Source: a virus (Duplodnaviria > Heunggongvirae > Uroviricota > Caudoviricetes). Taken from it: a DNA stretch of 16,884 nt. A model generated the notes under the pieces. It saw nothing but the letters and a program-made list of their open reading frames with translations. It was not told the DNA's origin and made no database searches. Position numbers and translations under genes: made by a program. Of the stretch, positions 14,262-16,884 are shown piece by piece (within the stretch, counting starts at the first letter, position 1; every line of letters begins with the position of its first letter). The DNA lies in IMG/VR virus record IMGVR_UViG_2675903366_000007, one strand, 5' to 3'.

Positions 14262-14462
14262 TTAATCTTTCGGATAGATATCCGGTCTTAAGTCAGATTT
14301 CGTAATTGCACTTGACGTGCATTGCTCAAGTTTTTTAGCCAGCACAAAACTGGCTTTTTTATAACCATTGAAAACCAGCCGTAAGTAGCCAGGTGTTGAG
14401 CCAACTTTTCCGGCCAACTCGCCCTGCTGTTCTTTGGTTAAAGAGTCCCAATACGCTTTCAT
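14262..14462 (-). CDS. cro: Cro-like repressor (YdaS-type HTH)
   Basis: ATG at 14462 (MKAYWDSLTKEQQGELAGKVGSTPGYLRLVFNGYKKAS) follows GGAGG by 10 nt. Divergent from cI across an operator-rich 90-bp region. The track start at 14567 would run through the operators. Confidence 0.75.
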   Translation of the reverse strand: MKAYWDSLTKEQQGELAGKVGSTPGYLRLVFNGYKKASFVLAKKLEQCTSSAITKSDLRPDIYPKD

Positions 14463-14467
14463 ACAAC

Positions 14468-14546
14468 ATGTACCTCCAGTATACATACTACATGATTGAG
14501 ATGAACCTTCAAGATACTTGTACCTTATCGGTACAAAGGTTTTAAT
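14468..14546. promoter_or_regulatory. OR-like switch: three operators plus divergent pR and pRM candidates
   Basis: Operators are ATGTACC-N5-TATACAT (14468-14486), ATGAACC-N5-GATACTT (14501-14519, degenerate) and TTGTACC-N5-GGTACAA (14518-14536, perfect). The pR candidate on the minus strand is TTGAAG (14512-14507), 16 nt, TAGTAT (14490-14485). The pRM candidate is TTGTAC (14518-14523), 16 nt, TTTAAT (14540-14545), ending 7 nt before the cI ATG. Confidence 0.6.
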
Positions 14547-14552
14547 TTCGTT

Positions 14553-15227
14553 ATGAAAACAATCCATGACATCCGGCGGTCTAACGCCAGAAAACTGAGA
14601 GATGGTGTTGGCGGAAATTCATCCTTTGCCACCATGATTGATCGCGAGCCTACCCAGACCAGCAGGTTTATGGGGGATGGCGCTACTAAAAATATCGGTG
14701 ACAGCATGGCACGGCACATCGAAAAATGTTTCGACCTGCCTGTCGGATGGCTTGATCAAGAACACCAGACAACGAACATCACAAAAAAACCTGATGTTTC
14801 AATCACTAATAAAAAAATAACGTTAGTCCCTGTCATATCATGGGTACAGGCCGGAGCATGGAAAGAAGTTGGCTATTCTGAGGTTGATTTGAGCACAACA
14901 GAAACGTATCCCTGCCCTGTACCCTGTGGCGAAATGACTTATATATTGAGGGTGATTGGTGATTCAATGATTGATGAGTACCGTCCGGGAGACATGATTT
15001 TTGTCGATCCAGAAGTACCAGCCTGCCACGGCGATGACGTTATTGCATTGATGCACGATACAGGTGAAACCACCTTCAAAAGGTTGATAGAAGACGGGAC
15101 ACAGCGTTATCTCAAAGCATTAAACCCCAACTGGCCTGAGCCTTACATTAAGATAAACGGTAATTGCTCTATCATTGGTACAGTTATTTTCTCAGGAAAA
15201 CCAAGAAGATACAAAATTAAAGCCTGA
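14553..15227 (+). CDS. cI: CI-type prophage repressor (HTH plus S24 LexA-like autopeptidase)
   Basis: C-terminal S24 domain has an Ala-Gly cleavage site (VQAGAW), the Ser of GDSM and the Lys of TFKRL. The N-terminal domain is HTH-like. Divergent from cro. Confidence 0.9.
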   Translation: MKTIHDIRRSNARKLRDGVGGNSSFATMIDREPTQTSRFMGDGATKNIGDSMARHIEKCFDLPVGWLDQEHQTTNITKKPDVSITNKKITLVPVISWVQAGAWKEVGYSEVDLSTTETYPCPVPCGEMTYILRVIGDSMIDEYRPGDMIFVDPEVPACHGDDVIALMHDTGETTFKRLIEDGTQRYLKALNPNWPEPYIKINGNCSIIGTVIFSGKPRRYKIKA

Positions 15228-15239
15228 TCAATGTCTATG

Positions 15240-15263
15240 AACCTGCTTCGGCAGGTTTTTTTA
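15240..15263 (+). terminator. Intrinsic terminator after cI
   Basis: AACCTGC-TTCG-GCAGGTT followed by TTTTTTAT. Confidence 0.8.
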
Positions 15264-15266
15264 TAC

Positions 15267-15299
15267 TTGACAATGTACCCTGTAGGTACATAATGTACC
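15267..15299 (+). promoter_or_regulatory. pL-like promoter with overlapping OL operator(s)
   Basis: TTGACA (15267-15272), 16 nt, CATAAT (15289-15294). The perfect operator ATGTACC-CTGTA-GGTACAT (15273-15291) fills the spacer and -10. A further ATGTACC half-site lies at 15293-15299. Confidence 0.65.
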
Positions 15300-15371
15300 T
15301 ACATAAGATATCGAACAGGCAGGACGCCCACGAAGTAGCCGTCCGGGGCATACGAAGACCGGAATGATTCG

Positions 15372-15400
15372 TAAATAAAAAAGCGCCCAAATGGACGCTT
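15372..15400 (-). terminator. Intrinsic terminator of the small minus-strand ORF (weaker in the plus direction)
   Basis: The minus strand reads AAGCGTCCATTTGGGCGCTT followed by TTTTTATTT. On the plus strand the same hairpin is followed by CACTTTT. Confidence 0.65.
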
Positions 15401-15422
15401 CACTTTTGAACTGGATTTATAA

Positions 15423-15632
15423 TCAATTATTTTCTTCATAAATGTTTTGTAATGTATTTATGAGATTTGGTATTTCTTTTATGGGAAAAGAATATATTGG
15501 ACTTTCGATAATTTTATCAGATTCAAATGGTGGTTGTTTGCAGGACAGTTGAACTATAACTGAATTATGATCTTTAACTGGCACACAGTACCAACCACAT
15601 ACATCAAAAACAGGAGTATTTTGATTATCCAT
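15423..15632 (-). CDS. Hypothetical 69-aa protein in a low-GC island beside cI
   Basis: ATG at 15632 (MDNQNTPVFDVCGWYCVPVKDH...) follows GAGGA by about 5 nt. It has its own terminator and lies convergent with cI. The track start at 15665 is a TTG. Confidence 0.5.
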   Translation of the reverse strand: MDNQNTPVFDVCGWYCVPVKDHNSVIVQLSCKQPPFESDKIIESPIYSFPIKEIPNLINTLQNIYEENN

Positions 15633-15930
15633 TATGTCCTCGACAACTAAAAACACTGCGTACAAAACTCAAAAGCAGGGAGTTATTTATAAAATTTCAT
15701 AAAGAATAATTACCGATAGCGACAATTCATTGTTCTTGAATTTTGAAAAATAGCAAGACAAAACAATGTAAACTTATTTAAAAAAACTTCTTATTATGTA
15801 AACAAAACAACCAATTCGTTATATAGGAAAAACAAATAGTACACAAGAAAATATTCAACAGGGGTATTACATTCAACCATAAGAGTAATCGTCTCTTTGG
15901 TAACTAATACCGAACATTTTATTGTAACAC

Positions 15931-16340
15931 GGCGTATGGCACATGCGTCGTTAGCGGTCTGGGGACGTTAAAGGGGACAATCCACTCCTTGCTCGGGCAA
16001 ACAAACCAGGTAGCCGGAATGTGCAAGTCAATGATGATGCTGATAAGACGCCTAACCAGCGTGGCGATCCGGTTTGACGCCTGGGAAGAGACCAGGGTGC
16101 AACGATGAGGGTATTTATGGAGCCGCGACAAAGTGTGGTGCCGTAACTGGCTAAGTGCTCTCAGCGTTGTGGTAATCCGCGAAATGGCGCGGCGGTAAGT
16201 ATGGCGGGGTTACTCTTTCCCCGTTGAGGACACCGGATTGTCAGGTTGACCATACGCCTGAGTGACAACCCCACCACAACAGCCACTGCTTTGGCGGTAC
16301 CAGTTTGTACACTTGCTTCCGGCTGGTACCGCTCTTTTTA
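15931..16340 (+). ncRNA. Candidate structured noncoding RNA, about 0.4 kb (hypothesis only)
   Basis: A GC-rich stretch with stops in all six frames follows an AT-rich island. A candidate promoter is TTGGTA (15897-15902), 17 nt, TATTGT (15920-15925). The 5' GGCGTATGG (15931-15939) is complementary to CCATACGCC (16250-16258). Several local hairpins occur within it. It ends at the 16294-16340 terminator. Confidence 0.3.
16294..16340 (+). terminator. Intrinsic terminator (tL-like) whose tail resembles boxA
   Basis: GCGGTACCAG (16294-16303) pairs with CTGGTACCGC (16323-16332) around a 19-nt loop, followed by TCTTTTTA. The string CGCTCTTTTTACAA resembles boxA (lambda CGCTCTTA, rrn GCTCTTTAACAA). 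Confidence 0.55.
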
Positions 16341-16428
16341 CAAAACAGAGAAGAGCATCACCGGACGACGGGCTCATAACCCAATCCATCCGGGCGGCAG
16401 CCACCGCAGGTGTTCTTCTCTGTTTTGT
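16340..16428 (+). promoter_or_regulatory. Long 18-bp stem enclosing two small hairpins (leader structure of the early-left gene)
   Basis: ACAAAACAGAGAAGAGCA (16340-16357) pairs with TGTTCTTCTCTGTTTTGT (16411-16428), 17 Watson-Crick pairs plus one G-U. Inner hairpins are CCGGA/TCCGG (16361-16365 with 16389-16393) and GCGG/CCGC (16394-16397 with 16404-16407). Confidence 0.5.
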
Positions 16429-16476
16429 GGAGAAACTAATCGGCCTTGCAGGGTCGATATGATGAGGAGCAGCAAA

Positions 16477-16839
16477 ATGGCTAGCGAACGCAGTACTGAT
16501 GTGCAGGCATTTATCGGGGAGCTGGACGGCGGCGTATTTGAAACCAAAATCGGCGCAGTTCTCAGTGAAGTCGCTTCCGGTGTGATGAACACGAAAACCA
16601 AAGGTAAGGTCTCACTCAACCTGGAAATCGAACCATTTGATGAGAACCGTGTGAAAATCAAACACAAACTCTCATATGTTCGCCCGACTAACCGCGGGAA
16701 AATTTCCGAAGAAGACACTACCGAAACGCCGATGTATGTCAATCGCGGTGGTCGCCTGACTATTCTGCAGGAAGACCAGGGACAGTTACTGACTCTTGCC
16801 GGTGAACCTGACGGAAAACTCCGCGCAGCAGGTCGTTAA
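16477..16839 (+). CDS. Conserved prophage early-left protein, function unknown (120 aa)
   Basis: AGGAG (16465-16469) lies 7 nt before the ATG at 16477 (MASERSTDVQAFIGELDGG...). An in-frame ATGATG at 16459 is an alternative start. The part of the track ORF upstream of these is noncoding leader. I have a vague, unverified memory of YfdP-like proteins of E. coli CPS-53. Confidence 0.75.
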   Translation: MASERSTDVQAFIGELDGGVFETKIGAVLSEVASGVMNTKTKGKVSLNLEIEPFDENRVKIKHKLSYVRPTNRGKISEEDTTETPMYVNRGGRLTILQEDQGQLLTLAGEPDGKLRAAGR

Positions 16840-16884
16840 TATCGTTTTTAATTAACTGATTATTTATCTCATCACTGAATATCT

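Larger units (their letters stand above)
1..16884. mobile_element. Segment of a lambdoid prophage (immunity region through head morphogenesis), with an HK97-like packaging module
   Basis: Synteny is cI | cro-cII-rha-replication-rusA-kilA-DUF968-Q | holin-endolysin-Rz/Rz1 | HNH-terS-terL-portal-protease. Junctions are tight or overlapping. No host housekeeping gene is visible and neither prophage end lies in the window. Confidence 0.9.

Noticed and set aside
15321-15343. GGACG...CGTCC hairpin just downstream of pL as a nutL boxB
   Set aside because: The stem is 5 bp with a 13-nt loop, unlike the boxB pentaloop hairpins, and there is no adjacent boxA.
15990-16225. Fragments resembling the c-di-GMP-I (GEMM-I) riboswitch (GGGCAAAC at about 15994; GGTAAGTATGGCGGGGTTAC at about 16193-16212, versus Vc2 GGUAGGUAGCGGGGUUACC)
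   Set aside because: The two motif-like pieces are about 200 nt apart, whereas the riboswitch is about 100 nt in total. The intervening conserved ACGCAAAGC element and the matching helices are not present. Probably coincidence, though cmscan would settle it.
16477-16839. First gene downstream of the boxA-like site as an N-type antiterminator
   Set aside because: It has no arginine-rich N-terminal motif (the sequence starts MASERSTDVQAFIGELDGG) and its composition is unlike N proteins.
1-16884. Searched by eye for tRNA genes, CRISPR arrays, IS elements or transposase ends, integrase/att sites and LexA (CTGT-N8-ACAG) boxes
   Set aside because: None found. CTGTCATATCATGGGTACAG at about 14831-14850 has N12 spacing, not N8, and lies inside cI. 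A by-eye search cannot exclude degenerate sites.

Overview
The whole 16.9-kb window is one contiguous piece of a lambdoid prophage of the Enterobacteriaceae type, with lambda-like regulation and lysis and HK97-like packaging and head genes. Read right to left on the minus strand, it holds: a divergent immunity switch (cI on +, Cro/YdaS-like and CII-like on -), Rha, an O-like replication initiator with internal iterons, a PerC-like protein, a LexA-DNA-binding-domain-only protein, RusA, a KilA-N protein, a DUF968 protein and a QuuD-type Q antiterminator. These are followed by holin, lambda-R-type endolysin, Rz/Rz1, an HNH endonuclease, terS, terL, a tiny membrane protein, portal and the 5' part of the prohead protease. 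Most gene junctions are tight or overlapping (ATGA, TAATG), consistent with operons. Several things are not explained by this backbone. (1) A low-GC, opposite-strand two-gene operon (soluble protein of about 343-357 aa plus a 179-aa four-TM protein, 6.7-8.35 kb) sits between Q and the holin. This is the best candidate for an undescribed system, possibly a RexAB-like exclusion or abortive-infection module. (2) A second low-GC island (15.4-15.9 kb) next to cI carries a 69-aa ORF with its own terminator. (3) A GC-rich, ORF-free, heavily self-complementary stretch (15.93-16.43 kb) runs between pL and the first early-left gene. It contains a candidate promoter, an intrinsic terminator with a boxA-like tract, and an 18-bp stem. 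(4) A diverged 2 x 286-bp tandem duplication upstream of the HNH gene carries a hairpin that covaries between copies. A perfect Shine-Dalgarno then leads into a 40-aa hydrophobic ORF. (5) Twin palindromes lie at the Q/cassette junction. All homology calls come from by-eye motif recognition and remembered sequences; no database search or folding program was run. Positions 13293-13332 are an N-run assembly gap that truncates two genes.
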